Below the pieces are notes generated by a model that worked only from the letters and a program-made list of their open reading frames with translations, did no database searches and was not told where the DNA came from. Both the position numbers and the translations under genes were made by a program. A stretch of DNA of 64,000 bases. It comes from a virus. Every line of letters starts with the position of its first letter. Position 1 is the first letter of the stretch. The stretch spans positions 64,001-128,000 of the IMG/VR virus record IMGVR_UViG_3300036770_006434; one strand, 5' to 3'. Shown piece by piece: positions 54,701 through 62,843 of this stretch.

Positions 54701-54841
54701 TCCGAAGGAAAGGTCTATCTGTCAAAGGCTCACTGGAAACTCGGCAAACACGCCGACAGCACAGAAAAAAATACCGATGACGTGATAGATTCTCCGGATT
54801 TCTGGGAAGAGTTTTCACACTTCTACATATACCAAAAATGA
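51710..54841 (+). CDS. 1043-aa multidomain glycosyltransferase (GT4, Zn ribbon, DUF4214-like, GT9-like, extra C-terminal domain)
   Basis: NQLRKE and SGGLEFE (GT4); CKNC...CPYC; LYNNIL..PDPDGLKHW; GGDLF...LIGNDSMWAH (GT9). Confidence 0.75.
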   Translation: MSRKKKIVLSTNPPWLHTGLAENGRFLAQWLYKTGKYDLSYYCSQSSVADPNHGRQPWKSRGCIPNDPNIIQQLNQDQNRARMASYGGLLIGQVVKEEQPDILWCSDDAWAFPGNEFFNAPWWNKINPILHITVDSLPILEQAYDQAKVTPNFFTWAKFGSTEMRKRGPEWAHTKQIYGATNVNNFSPVSANEKAELRRRFGIGQNTLVFGFTFRNQLRKEALSVLRAFQEFTKLHKTVDAKLHLHTSWSETANGWDIPKFIKLFGVNPESVLCTYVCKNCGNWHISPYRGEDQNCPYCGAQKSMVTANINHGVPDEEMKYVYGIRDATVSAFTSGGLEFENVNTLLCGLPLASTNYSCGQDFCEQPFVTPIDWHFRNEAGTSFIKATNDIGSIRKFMEKISAMSLAKRQEIGEIGRDWAKNTFSIESIGPQWEQVFDALPPKDWSSISLTPPRKNETYPIPQIQDDQAWVTALYNNILVCQPDPDGLKHWMSQLKSGITRDAIYQFFLKIAREDNAKLEPPKDFSSLFDANDRKKILFVMKESGGDLFIASALFKGLKALYPGADLYVGCEPKFAEIIAGNPYVHKILSYHPAMEQELVMRNYVDHYYFPAVQTQRQLGYLTRKLTLAQTYAHASGVELDKPWILSTFFPLDHPVEKSILIHAFAGATVNQNGQIHATFPAKIYDHFNDVVQLLKPIAESLGYKLYQIGGPGEPGLKGIESLVGKTSMHQCAYLVKNCALLIGNDSMWAHIRGGEMKPQVHIYGSTSSPHFPHWRDPEKSFLIESHRGGKKPSYAAVETPKTINWITPEEIVNTSLKAIGAERRVTQKSILFGDAYHVAAVELVPNCIVGPQVQMPGPLVVRMDYVSDAKAAEPHLLSNLQIRPCLIITDKELDLNLLRQAKPRITALRVEVDKVSPEWVKQVKKIGIPTAFFSSEQDPEKLAKLRLDYYDTCVFDHFQPPKKEEFEKLAATYLNKSLDAGGIPANLRFATNKFLLSEGKVYLSKAHWKLGKHADSTEKNTDDVIDSPDFWEEFSHFYIYQK
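54645..54672 (+). promoter_or_regulatory. Possible intragenic promoter TTGACG-N16-TAACCT for the next gene
   Basis: Same geometry as the other promoters, 165 nt upstream of 54838. Confidence 0.4.
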
Positions 54842-55821
54842 CCCAACAAACATACTCCGTCGGAAACGAAAACATGCCTGTCACCTTCTGGGGTCCGGCG
54901 TTCGTTGAGGCGAAAGCCAAACCTGAATGGCCGCGCAAACCGGACGGTTCCGTCAATTGGCGCGCTCTTGTCCGCCCCGAACACCTTTATGTTAAACGGG
55001 AGTTCGAGCCGAAGGTAGCGGAAATGCTGGGTAAGAAATCGACCGATATCGCCAACCTCTTGCCAGAGGATATCGCCAAGGTCCCGGACAGGTATCTTGT
55101 CATCCGAAAGGCCGGTATTCTGGAACTGGCGCGACTGCGCGGCTACTCTTCCGCTGTCCCGGATGTTAAACATGCTGCCCGCGATTACGTGGTGGTTCAG
55201 ACTCTTGTCTCTTGGCTTCCGTTTGAGGGGCAGCCCGTAAAGACGAACGGCGGAGTAGGTGAAGCCCACCACGAGAATACCAGCCGACTCGGCGCATTCT
55301 ATCTTGCCGCAATGGCGGAAAACCGAGCCTTCGCCCGAGCCGTCCGCCAGTTCCTTGAAATCGACATCGTTTCCAGCGACGAACTCGGTGCGGGCATCGA
55401 GCCGGAGCAGAACCCGTCCGCTGTCCAGACCGCTACGTCAAACATCAATGACATGTTACCGACCGGCGCCTTGGCCAAAGCGGCGCATGAAGGCGGTTTC
55501 TCCTTTGAGCAGATCAAGAAGGCGGCCCTTTCCCGGTGGCAGGAGGACTCCATCAATGTCGCTAAAGACGCCAACTTCAAGCGCCGAATCGAGAATGACC
55601 CCACCGCTTGGCAGGACTTCAAGGATATCCCGGCCCGCGACTGCATGTCTCTGATTACACTGATCAAGGCCGCGAAAGCCGCGCGGGAGACCAGTAAAAA
55701 AGAAATGGAAGCCGAAAAGGTAAGTCAAACAACTCCGGTTGCCGAAACCGAGTCAGCTACCAAGCGCCGTGGACGACCGCCAAAGACTTCGCCTGCTCCG
55801 CAAGATCAGGCATCTGCATAG
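54838..55821 (+). CDS. Putative Rad52/Sak-like single-strand annealing protein
   Basis: IRKAGILELA...GVGEA...MAENRAFARAVRQFLEI resembles the AETRA..RA.R SSAP pattern. Confidence 0.45.
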   Translation: MTQQTYSVGNENMPVTFWGPAFVEAKAKPEWPRKPDGSVNWRALVRPEHLYVKREFEPKVAEMLGKKSTDIANLLPEDIAKVPDRYLVIRKAGILELARLRGYSSAVPDVKHAARDYVVVQTLVSWLPFEGQPVKTNGGVGEAHHENTSRLGAFYLAAMAENRAFARAVRQFLEIDIVSSDELGAGIEPEQNPSAVQTATSNINDMLPTGALAKAAHEGGFSFEQIKKAALSRWQEDSINVAKDANFKRRIENDPTAWQDFKDIPARDCMSLITLIKAAKAARETSKKEMEAEKVSQTTPVAETESATKRRGRPPKTSPAPQDQASA

Positions 55822-55853
55822 GAACGGTAGGATAAAAGGACAGGAAACCCCAC

Positions 55854-55880
55854 GCCCGAGGCTAAACCCTCGGGCTTTTT
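55854..55880 (+). terminator. Rho-independent terminator
   Basis: GCCCGAGG-ctaaac-CCTCGGGC-TTTTT. Confidence 0.85.
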
Positions 55881-55881
55881 C

Positions 55882-55888
55882 GTGTAAC
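55882..55888 (+). promoter_or_regulatory. GTGTAAC motif opening the structural block
   Basis: Directly after the terminator, 10 nt upstream of the ATG. Confidence 0.6.
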
Positions 55889-55898
55889 CTACTCGGAA

Positions 55899-56351
55899 AT
55901 GTCGTCTCTAATATCCGACTCCGAAAAGGCTTTGCTCCTGACTGATTTTCAGCAGGTCGTGGACACGTTCCTGCGCCCGTTGGTCGTTTATCAGGAAGCG
56001 CAAAGAACAGTGATAGTCTCAAATCCAGATTATAACCCATTTTCCGACTGGAATCAGAACAATACGGACATCCAGAATACGCCGGTTTACACGACCATCA
56101 GCGGGCGAATCCTGTGGGACAAGCAGCAGGAATGGAAGTATGTCCGGCCGCCGGATAGCCCCCAGATCAAAACGAAGGATGCCACCAATCGCTCGGTTCG
56201 CCTCAAGGTGGACCCATCTGGATACAATCTGTTGAAGGACGCGAAAAAGGTAGAGATCGACGGCGTTCTTCTGGATATCGAAAGTCAGGCTAGACCCCAC
56301 GGGCTTTTCGATACCAATTACTACACCTTCTATTTTGTCCGTTCCATGTAA
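55899..56351 (+). CDS. Putative head-tail joining (stopper) protein
   Basis: Size, beta-barrel-like pattern (AKKVEIDGV) and position in the structural block. Confidence 0.5.
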   Translation: MSSLISDSEKALLLTDFQQVVDTFLRPLVVYQEAQRTVIVSNPDYNPFSDWNQNNTDIQNTPVYTTISGRILWDKQQEWKYVRPPDSPQIKTKDATNRSVRLKVDPSGYNLLKDAKKVEIDGVLLDIESQARPHGLFDTNYYTFYFVRSM

Positions 56352-56366
56352 CGGAAAAGGCTCATT

Positions 56367-57029
56367 ATGGCCAAAATGAACATGGCAGCCATAAAGGTGA
56401 CGGTAGCCCAAGATAAGAACGGGGTTATGAAAAAAGCTGCGCAAACCCGTGCGGAACAGGTATTTGAGGACGCTGTAATCGGTATGCAGATGGAGTTTGA
56501 GAATCACTCTGTCACAAAAGAGGTGGCCCAAGGAATTGGAGCCTCGAATATCAGCAAGACGCTTGGCGGCAAAGCGGCACCCAAAAACCTTTACTCATTT
56601 ATCGGGTTTGAGGCCAGTGAAAATGACCAGACGGGACCTATTCGAGACGCTCTTTCGCCAGACGACCCGGCGGGACCCAAGCTGAGGTATGGCGGTAAAG
56701 AAGTGATGTCTAATCAGAATGCCAGATTCAAATTCGAGATATCGGCACCCGACAAGCAGAGAATCTACAAAAACACCCCGATGCCTTGGGCTTCCGGCTG
56801 GAGCTGGGCGCAGAAGATAGAGACAAAAATCCCCGGATTCTCGCGGTTTCTCGCCGAGTTCATGGGCGACCCGTCGCGTTCAGGCGGCGGCGTTCAGATC
56901 AAAGGCCATGACATTAGAAGCGAAGAATACACCCCGCCAGACGAGGGGTATTTAACGACCATATTCCAGAACTTCTTGAACCGTGTCCGCCAGTATAATC
57001 GCGGCGGGTTCAGACGGAGATTCAAATGA
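56367..57029 (+). CDS. Putative neck/tail-completion protein
   Basis: Position between the stopper and the terminator-like genes; basic C-terminus. Confidence 0.4.
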   Translation: MAKMNMAAIKVTVAQDKNGVMKKAAQTRAEQVFEDAVIGMQMEFENHSVTKEVAQGIGASNISKTLGGKAAPKNLYSFIGFEASENDQTGPIRDALSPDDPAGPKLRYGGKEVMSNQNARFKFEISAPDKQRIYKNTPMPWASGWSWAQKIETKIPGFSRFLAEFMGDPSRSGGGVQIKGHDIRSEEYTPPDEGYLTTIFQNFLNRVRQYNRGGFRRRFK

Positions 57030-58162
57030 TAACGACCTCTTTTTCCAAGTCTGCTCTTTTGTCGTTTTTCGCTTGGTTGGACCATCAGCTCCTTCAGGAA
57101 GGACAGATGTATACCAATGCCAATACCCAGCTTTACAAGCAGACGAGCACGGACCCGGTTCTTGGAAACCAGTATACCACCTATTCGTCTCCTTTTCGGT
57201 CTCTGGTCTGGGATCAATCCGTGAGTGGCGCAAATCGGTTTAACGCCATTTCCGGCTACGTTTTCAACTCCTCTCAGTTCACCTCCAGCGGAGGCGACCA
57301 ACTGTATTCAAGCGTCATTTTTCCGCAAATCCCTGCCACCGGATATGGCGGCGCGTCTTTGCAGATGGACCTCAGTTTTCCAGCCTATATAACGGCCCCG
57401 ACCGGGACGGTGATATTGAGCGGAAACAGCGTCTTTTTCCCCGACAACCTGACGCAGACCACGGCAATCCGCTTTTCTGGTGCAAACTCGGGGGATTACT
57501 CGGACCTGATTGTATCCATCACGGGAACGGCCACCGTCATTTCCGGGGGCCAATATGGGATGCAAATGGACTTCCAAAACGGAAGAGTTATTGTCCCGAT
57601 AGACACTTTTCCCGCAACCTCTATTTTTTCAGGCTCTTACGCGATAAAGGACTTCAATCTGTATTTTGCCAATGGCGGCGCTGACCGCATGGTATTTACG
57701 AACAAACCCTATCTGAACAGTAGGTTTAACCGGGCAATGACCGGAATGCCTCCGCCCCATCAAAGAGTGACTCCAGCCATCTTCATCTCCACCCAAACCC
57801 TCAAGAATGAGCCAAAATCGCTGGGTGGCGGCTATATGTATGATACCGAAATAAAGGTAAAACTGGATGTTTGGGCGGAAACAGCGGGACAGCTGGAAAA
57901 CGCTCTATCCCTATTGGTAGACTCAAAAGACCTGTGTTTCCCCGAGATTTCGGAGTCACAGTGGCCGTTGGCCCCTACCGGCGACCTCAAATCTACGCCA
58001 TACAACTACGAAACGCTTTTTGACAGCCTATATACTCCATCAAACCTGTATAGCATCACAAAAGTCAGGTCTTCAAAATACGGGGACTCGGTTCCGATAG
58101 ATCAGTCAATTTTTGGCGGCAAGGTGGAATTAACCCTGCAAAGGACCCGCAGACTCAGGTAG
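57026..58162 (+). CDS. Putative tail terminator/completion protein, paralogue A
   Basis: Collinear similarity to 58185-59051; position upstream of the tube-like genes. Confidence 0.5.
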   Translation: MITTSFSKSALLSFFAWLDHQLLQEGQMYTNANTQLYKQTSTDPVLGNQYTTYSSPFRSLVWDQSVSGANRFNAISGYVFNSSQFTSSGGDQLYSSVIFPQIPATGYGGASLQMDLSFPAYITAPTGTVILSGNSVFFPDNLTQTTAIRFSGANSGDYSDLIVSITGTATVISGGQYGMQMDFQNGRVIVPIDTFPATSIFSGSYAIKDFNLYFANGGADRMVFTNKPYLNSRFNRAMTGMPPPHQRVTPAIFISTQTLKNEPKSLGGGYMYDTEIKVKLDVWAETAGQLENALSLLVDSKDLCFPEISESQWPLAPTGDLKSTPYNYETLFDSLYTPSNLYSITKVRSSKYGDSVPIDQSIFGGKVELTLQRTRRLR

Positions 58163-58168
58163 CTCTCA

Positions 58169-58175
58169 GTGTAAC
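58169..58175 (+). promoter_or_regulatory. GTGTAAC motif
   Basis: Intergenic, 9 nt upstream of the ATG. Confidence 0.5.
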
Positions 58176-58184
58176 TGAAAACGT

Positions 58185-59051
58185 ATGGCGAACACATCAT
58201 TCTCAACGATTACGCTGCTCTCCTTTGCTCAGTGGTTTACAAACAGATTGCAACAGGACGGTCAGGCGTATTTCAACACGACCAGCCGGCTCTACTATCA
58301 GCCGGATACCCGGTTGCCTGCGGGATATATCGCATACTCATCTCCTTTCAGGTCATGGGTTTATGATTCTGGTGTATCTGGCGCTGCGGTTTTGGACAGA
58401 ATCAGCGGCTCTCTAGGAGTCGGTGGGACAGGCTTCGTTTTGCGCGGCCAGTCCGGGCTACAGATAGACTACACAAATGGGCGGGTAATTTTCCCCTCTT
58501 CCGTTGGAACAAATGCCGTAATATCAGGGACTTACGCGGTTTCAGAGTTGAACACTTATTTCGCCAACCAAAGCGCGGAAAAGATGGTGTTTACCAACAA
58601 GTATTACCTGAACAGTCGGTTTAACAGGCCAATTACCGGTATTCCTCCGGCCAACGACATGGTCACGCCCTGCGTTTTTGTAACAAATCTTGGCGGCGAG
58701 AATGAGGGCCGAGCATTTGGCGGCCTCTACAACACCATGATGGATGTAAGACTCATAGTCATGGCTGAGACCATTAACCAACTGGAGGGAACACTATCTT
58801 TGGCTACCGACGCTACCGACGCCAATTTTCCGCAGTTGCCGCCATACCTGTGGCCCCTTGGACCGCTTGGAGATGTAAAATCCGGCTACAACTACCAAAC
58901 CATCAAAGAGGAGTATGGCCAGCCGCGCAACCTGTATACCATAAACGAGGTGACAGCGACAAAGGTCGGTGACAATCTGAAGATAGACGAGTCCGTTTTT
59001 GTCGGCCTGATAGACCTTAAAATAGAGCGGCCTCGTTCGATCCATGGATAA
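58185..59051 (+). CDS. Putative tail terminator/completion protein, paralogue B
   Basis: Shares SFS..LLSF..W, SSPFRS.V.D, MVFTNK.YLNSRFNR, VTP..F and QLE..LSL with paralogue A. Confidence 0.5.
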   Translation: MANTSFSTITLLSFAQWFTNRLQQDGQAYFNTTSRLYYQPDTRLPAGYIAYSSPFRSWVYDSGVSGAAVLDRISGSLGVGGTGFVLRGQSGLQIDYTNGRVIFPSSVGTNAVISGTYAVSELNTYFANQSAEKMVFTNKYYLNSRFNRPITGIPPANDMVTPCVFVTNLGGENEGRAFGGLYNTMMDVRLIVMAETINQLEGTLSLATDATDANFPQLPPYLWPLGPLGDVKSGYNYQTIKEEYGQPRNLYTINEVTATKVGDNLKIDESVFVGLIDLKIERPRSIHG

Positions 59052-59058
59052 TTCACGA

Positions 59059-59083
59059 GAAAACCATCGGGAATACGTGTAAC
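59059..59083 (+). promoter_or_regulatory. GAAA-N14-GTGTAAC motif
   Basis: Intergenic, upstream of 59117. Confidence 0.6.
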
Positions 59084-59116
59084 CAATATCGCCAAACCAC
59101 GGGAAAGGTATAATTT

Positions 59117-60073
59117 ATGCCGCAATATCAGGCAGGTCAAGTTCGACTGGAGTCCGGAGTTCTGTATTCTTCAACGATGCAGCCGGTTCCGCGCGTCTCA
59201 AACGTGAGGATAGACTACAACGTTCCGCGCGCCAATGTTGGTGTATTGAACCGTGGGAAACCTCTTGAAGGCAGGCCGGTAATCAACTATACTCCCGTAG
59301 ACGCATCGGTTGAGTTCTACAAAAGCGACTCTTCCATTGAGCAGATGCTGGGACTGGTCAATGGAACCAGCGTCGTCTCGAATATTACAGAGACAAAGGC
59401 CGCCAATGCTACCTACGGAATCCGTTCCATGCAGGTTGCCTTTGCGCCGACCTCGTCTACCAACTACAACGGTCTTTATGATCTAAAGAGCGGCGTTCTA
59501 ACGAGTTACACCCTTCAGGGCGGAGTCGGCGACCCGGTTCGCGGCTCTTTCGGTCTGCAATTCTTGGATTGCTCTGGCTCCATCAATACAACCACCAGAG
59601 ACTCTTCAAACACTGCCGCAAATCTGGTAAAACCGGAAAACGTCTCTCTTACCGGCATTCAGTTTACCGGTTACGGGCTTACCGGCGTCACCATTCAATC
59701 CTTTTCCTTCAGTCTTGGTTTTGGCCGCGCCTCTGTCCAACAGCTTGGCACAAAATTCCCCACAGAGCGCCCGCTAACCGATGTGAATGCGTCTTTTCAG
59801 TGTCAGGGCTGGTTCGAGGGGATCAATAATTCGGTGACCGGCCTATCGCAATACGATTGCGGTGCGCCATCTGTCGGGGTCGTTGGCCTGACCATGCAGC
59901 CCTCCTGCGGCGGCGGGTCTCCCAGCACGATTACCATGAGGAATCCCTACATTGACAGCTTCTCCATTGATTCTCAAGTCGGAGGCTTTTCAACAGTGGC
60001 AATTTCTCTTTCCCTGCCTATTGGACCGAATCCAAACGAGACGAGCGACGGGTCTGTGGTCATATTCAATTGA
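59117..60073 (+). CDS. Tail-tube-like protein, paralogue A
   Basis: Two internal beta-rich repeats (V..V.IDYNVPR..V.VL / IQSFSFSL.FGR..V..LG). Confidence 0.55.
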   Translation: MPQYQAGQVRLESGVLYSSTMQPVPRVSNVRIDYNVPRANVGVLNRGKPLEGRPVINYTPVDASVEFYKSDSSIEQMLGLVNGTSVVSNITETKAANATYGIRSMQVAFAPTSSTNYNGLYDLKSGVLTSYTLQGGVGDPVRGSFGLQFLDCSGSINTTTRDSSNTAANLVKPENVSLTGIQFTGYGLTGVTIQSFSFSLGFGRASVQQLGTKFPTERPLTDVNASFQCQGWFEGINNSVTGLSQYDCGAPSVGVVGLTMQPSCGGGSPSTITMRNPYIDSFSIDSQVGGFSTVAISLSLPIGPNPNETSDGSVVIFN

Positions 60074-60093
60074 GTTTTCTCAATATTTAGACG

Positions 60094-60118
60094 GAAATCC
60101 ATCCGTTTCTTGTGTAAC
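60094..60118 (+). promoter_or_regulatory. GAAA-N14-GTGTAAC motif
   Basis: Intergenic, upstream of 60162. Confidence 0.6.
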
Positions 60119-60161
60119 CCAAAGAGGGACCAGCATTTCCCGGTAAAACCTTTTACACACC

Positions 60162-61298
60162 ATGCCCGCATCCACTCCTCGCACTCGTCTTATCTTCCAG
60201 AACGTCAACGCGTTTGTCGGCCCTGCGGCCGGTTCTGGAACCACGGCTACTGGCGCTCACTATACCAGCGGCAATGTTCCCATTGGAAATCTTGTCGCTG
60301 AAATCGCCAATGTGACCTCGGCCACGCTGAATGTCGGTATCAACCGACAGGACATCAATGTCTTCGGCGTTCTTAACCGCGTTGATCAGATCATCATCGC
60401 TCCTCCGAGTATTACGATGGACCTGTCTTGGAACGTTACGGACGGTTACAATGAGTCGATTGTTGGTCTCAACGCTCTTGGAGGTTCTTTTATCTCTGGG
60501 CTTTTGACGAAGGTTTCGGATTCAAAGAATTACTTCTTAGCTATTTCGCAACAAGGCATTGATGATGACGGTGTGACCAACCCCAATCAGCGCGACGTTC
60601 TCGCCGTTGGCAATGGGTTTATATCAAATTATACGTTCAATGCCGCGGTCGGTCAAGTTGCTACGGCCTCAATTTCGATTGACGCCATGAACGTTGTGGG
60701 CTACACGGGCGCGAGCGGAAATAACATTCCAGCCATCAACCCTGAAACCAGCAGCCGAGTCACGACTTGGAACTTCCAGCTTCCGACTGCTACTACTATT
60801 ACGGGTGGCAACAACGTTTTCGCCCTTCGCCCCGGTGATATTACGCTTTCTTTCCCGACCAACGCCGGATTCCTTTCGCCACTGAGCGGTCAAAACGCGA
60901 TCAACGTTCAATCGGTCAGCATGTCTGTTCCGATCAGCCGTGTGACGCTTGACCGTTTGAACTCAACTTTTGGATATAGCCGAGAAATTCAGTTCCCGGT
61001 CAACTGTTCGCTGGCGATCCGCGCTCTGGCCACAGAAGTAAACCCGACCTCGTTTGATTCGCTTTACTGCAATGACCAAGCCTATAATTTGACGCTTACC
61101 CAGCGCCAGCCTAGCTGCAACGGAACAGGACTTAACGCTTTGATCATCGGATTTAACGAAGCCAAAATTGCAAGCTGGTCGCAGGGAATTACGGTCGGCG
61201 GAGACAGCACAATTGATATAAATGCGGTAGCACAGATCGCTGGCGCTACAGCTACTGACGGTATCACGTTCTCCGGTTACGGAGCGGTTCGGATTTAA
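60162..61298 (+). CDS. Major tail tube protein (probable), paralogue B
   Basis: Same two-repeat layout (VTSATLNVGINRQDINVFG / VQSVSMSVPISRVTL..L); followed by a strong terminator. Confidence 0.6.
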   Translation: MPASTPRTRLIFQNVNAFVGPAAGSGTTATGAHYTSGNVPIGNLVAEIANVTSATLNVGINRQDINVFGVLNRVDQIIIAPPSITMDLSWNVTDGYNESIVGLNALGGSFISGLLTKVSDSKNYFLAISQQGIDDDGVTNPNQRDVLAVGNGFISNYTFNAAVGQVATASISIDAMNVVGYTGASGNNIPAINPETSSRVTTWNFQLPTATTITGGNNVFALRPGDITLSFPTNAGFLSPLSGQNAINVQSVSMSVPISRVTLDRLNSTFGYSREIQFPVNCSLAIRALATEVNPTSFDSLYCNDQAYNLTLTQRQPSCNGTGLNALIIGFNEAKIASWSQGITVGGDSTIDINAVAQIAGATATDGITFSGYGAVRI

Positions 61299-61323
61299 CT
61301 CAAAACACACTTCAAACCCCTAG

Positions 61324-61358
61324 ACCCGCAGACTAAAATCTGCGGGTTTTTCTTTTTT
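61324..61358 (+). terminator. Rho-independent terminator
   Basis: ACCCGCAGA-ctaaaa-TCTGCGGGT followed by a T-rich tract. Confidence 0.9.
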
Positions 61359-61379
61359 CTGAAACTCCACCATTTTCCT

Positions 61380-61386
61380 GTGTAAC
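61380..61386 (+). promoter_or_regulatory. GTGTAAC motif (GAAA 15 nt upstream)
   Basis: After the terminator, upstream of 61452. Confidence 0.55.
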
Positions 61387-61451
61387 CCCACTTTGCAGGC
61401 TTCTGTCAAAGGTCGCCGGCAGGAACGGAAGAGTAATACGAAACATTTCAC

Positions 61452-61769
61452 ATGAACGGAACGGAGCATTTTAGTCCGCACATTGTCGTGCCGGACCCCA
61501 CCGAACTGCTGAAGACCAAGGTTACCTTGGCTATCAACAGGATTATGGCGAACTATCTGACAAATCTGGAGCAGCTGGCAGATGAACACGATGAAGCCAT
61601 GGGTAAATTGATAGATACCCTGCCGCCGGAGTATAAGGCCAATGTCCATCTCGCTGACATCTATGGAGATACGAGATTTGAGGCTATCCGTAAGTTCGTT
61701 CTGAAGAGCGGGAATGACGGTAGGAGAGAGATTGAGGAAATGATTGATTTTCTCAAAGGAACAAAATGA
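61452..61769 (+). CDS. Hypothetical protein (105 aa)
   Basis: ATG start, helical. Confidence 0.65.
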   Translation: MNGTEHFSPHIVVPDPTELLKTKVTLAINRIMANYLTNLEQLADEHDEAMGKLIDTLPPEYKANVHLADIYGDTRFEAIRKFVLKSGNDGRREIEEMIDFLKGTK

Positions 61770-61978
61770 AAGACGGGGCGATAAAGTTGGTGATAAAATC
61801 CGACGGACTCTCTACAAACACCCACTTGTGTTTATCCAATGGAGAAAAACTTGAACAGGTTGAATCGGTGCATTGGAGCATAAAGGTCGGAGAGGCGGCA
61901 AAATGCGTTTTAACTATGGCGGCAATACCCGTAGAGCTGGAGACAGACATGGAATCAGTTGAAATTTCAAGAAACTAA
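61766..61978 (+). CDS. Hypothetical protein (70 aa)
   Basis: ATGA overlap. Confidence 0.55.
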   Translation: MKDGAIKLVIKSDGLSTNTHLCLSNGEKLEQVESVHWSIKVGEAAKCVLTMAAIPVELETDMESVEISRN

Positions 61979-61997
61979 CAAAGAGCAAATCAGAAAA

Positions 61998-62843
61998 ATG
62001 AGCACCACAAACACGAGCACGGACATCAAAATTCTCCACCAGTGGGAAGTAACGGTCACCAAAGAGGTGGACGAAACGACGGCGGAAACGGTCAACGGTC
62101 AGGTCGTCAATGTGACGAGAAAGGTCTCGAAACCGGTAGTCACCAAGATGGCGCTGAAACGCCCGACCCGGCGCGAACTGCGCGCGGCCGAACTGTTCTA
62201 CGGCAAGGAGTTCAATAAATTCGTCCAAATGGGGTTCCTGCCCGAGTCCATCATGCGAAACAAGATGATCGACATCTCCGGCGGGGTCATTTCCGAGAAA
62301 GAGCGGGACCGCGCCGAGAAGTTGACCCACAAACTGGTCGCTTTGGAGATGGATTTGGCGCGGCTCGCCACGAAAAGCGGCGACGTAGAAGAGGAGAAAA
62401 AGGACATCCAATCCCAAATGGTGGCTATCCGCACGGAACTCATCAACCTGAACGCCGTCAAGGAAGCGGCCTTTTCCCAAAGCGCAGAGGCCCGTGCCAA
62501 CAGCCAGTTGCAGAGCTGGTTCTCGTTCTTCCTTGTGTATATCGACAAAAATGGGAAGTGGGTCCCCTACTTTGAAGGTGAATCCTTCGATAACAAAGAG
62601 GAGTTTATGTGGAAGCTGGAAGAAGATGATGACAAATTCTATTCTATCGCTTCTTCCAAGATAGCTACCTACGTGGGGTGGTTCAGTCACGGTGCCGATA
62701 GCCCCGAGGCGTTCAAGGCGATTGACGAGGAGATGGCCAAGCAGCTGAATGCGGACAAGGTCAAGGAAGACGACGTGAAAGGTGAGCCCCTCGCCACGGA
62801 AGCCGAAGAGCCTGCCAAGCAGCCGGAAGCCCCGGCGGCTTAA
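61998..62843 (+). CDS. Putative tail assembly chaperone
   Basis: Position between tube and tape measure; LKRPTRRELRAAE; coiled coil. Confidence 0.5.
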   Translation: MSTTNTSTDIKILHQWEVTVTKEVDETTAETVNGQVVNVTRKVSKPVVTKMALKRPTRRELRAAELFYGKEFNKFVQMGFLPESIMRNKMIDISGGVISEKERDRAEKLTHKLVALEMDLARLATKSGDVEEEKKDIQSQMVAIRTELINLNAVKEAAFSQSAEARANSQLQSWFSFFLVYIDKNGKWVPYFEGESFDNKEEFMWKLEEDDDKFYSIASSKIATYVGWFSHGADSPEAFKAIDEEMAKQLNADKVKEDDVKGEPLATEAEEPAKQPEAPAA

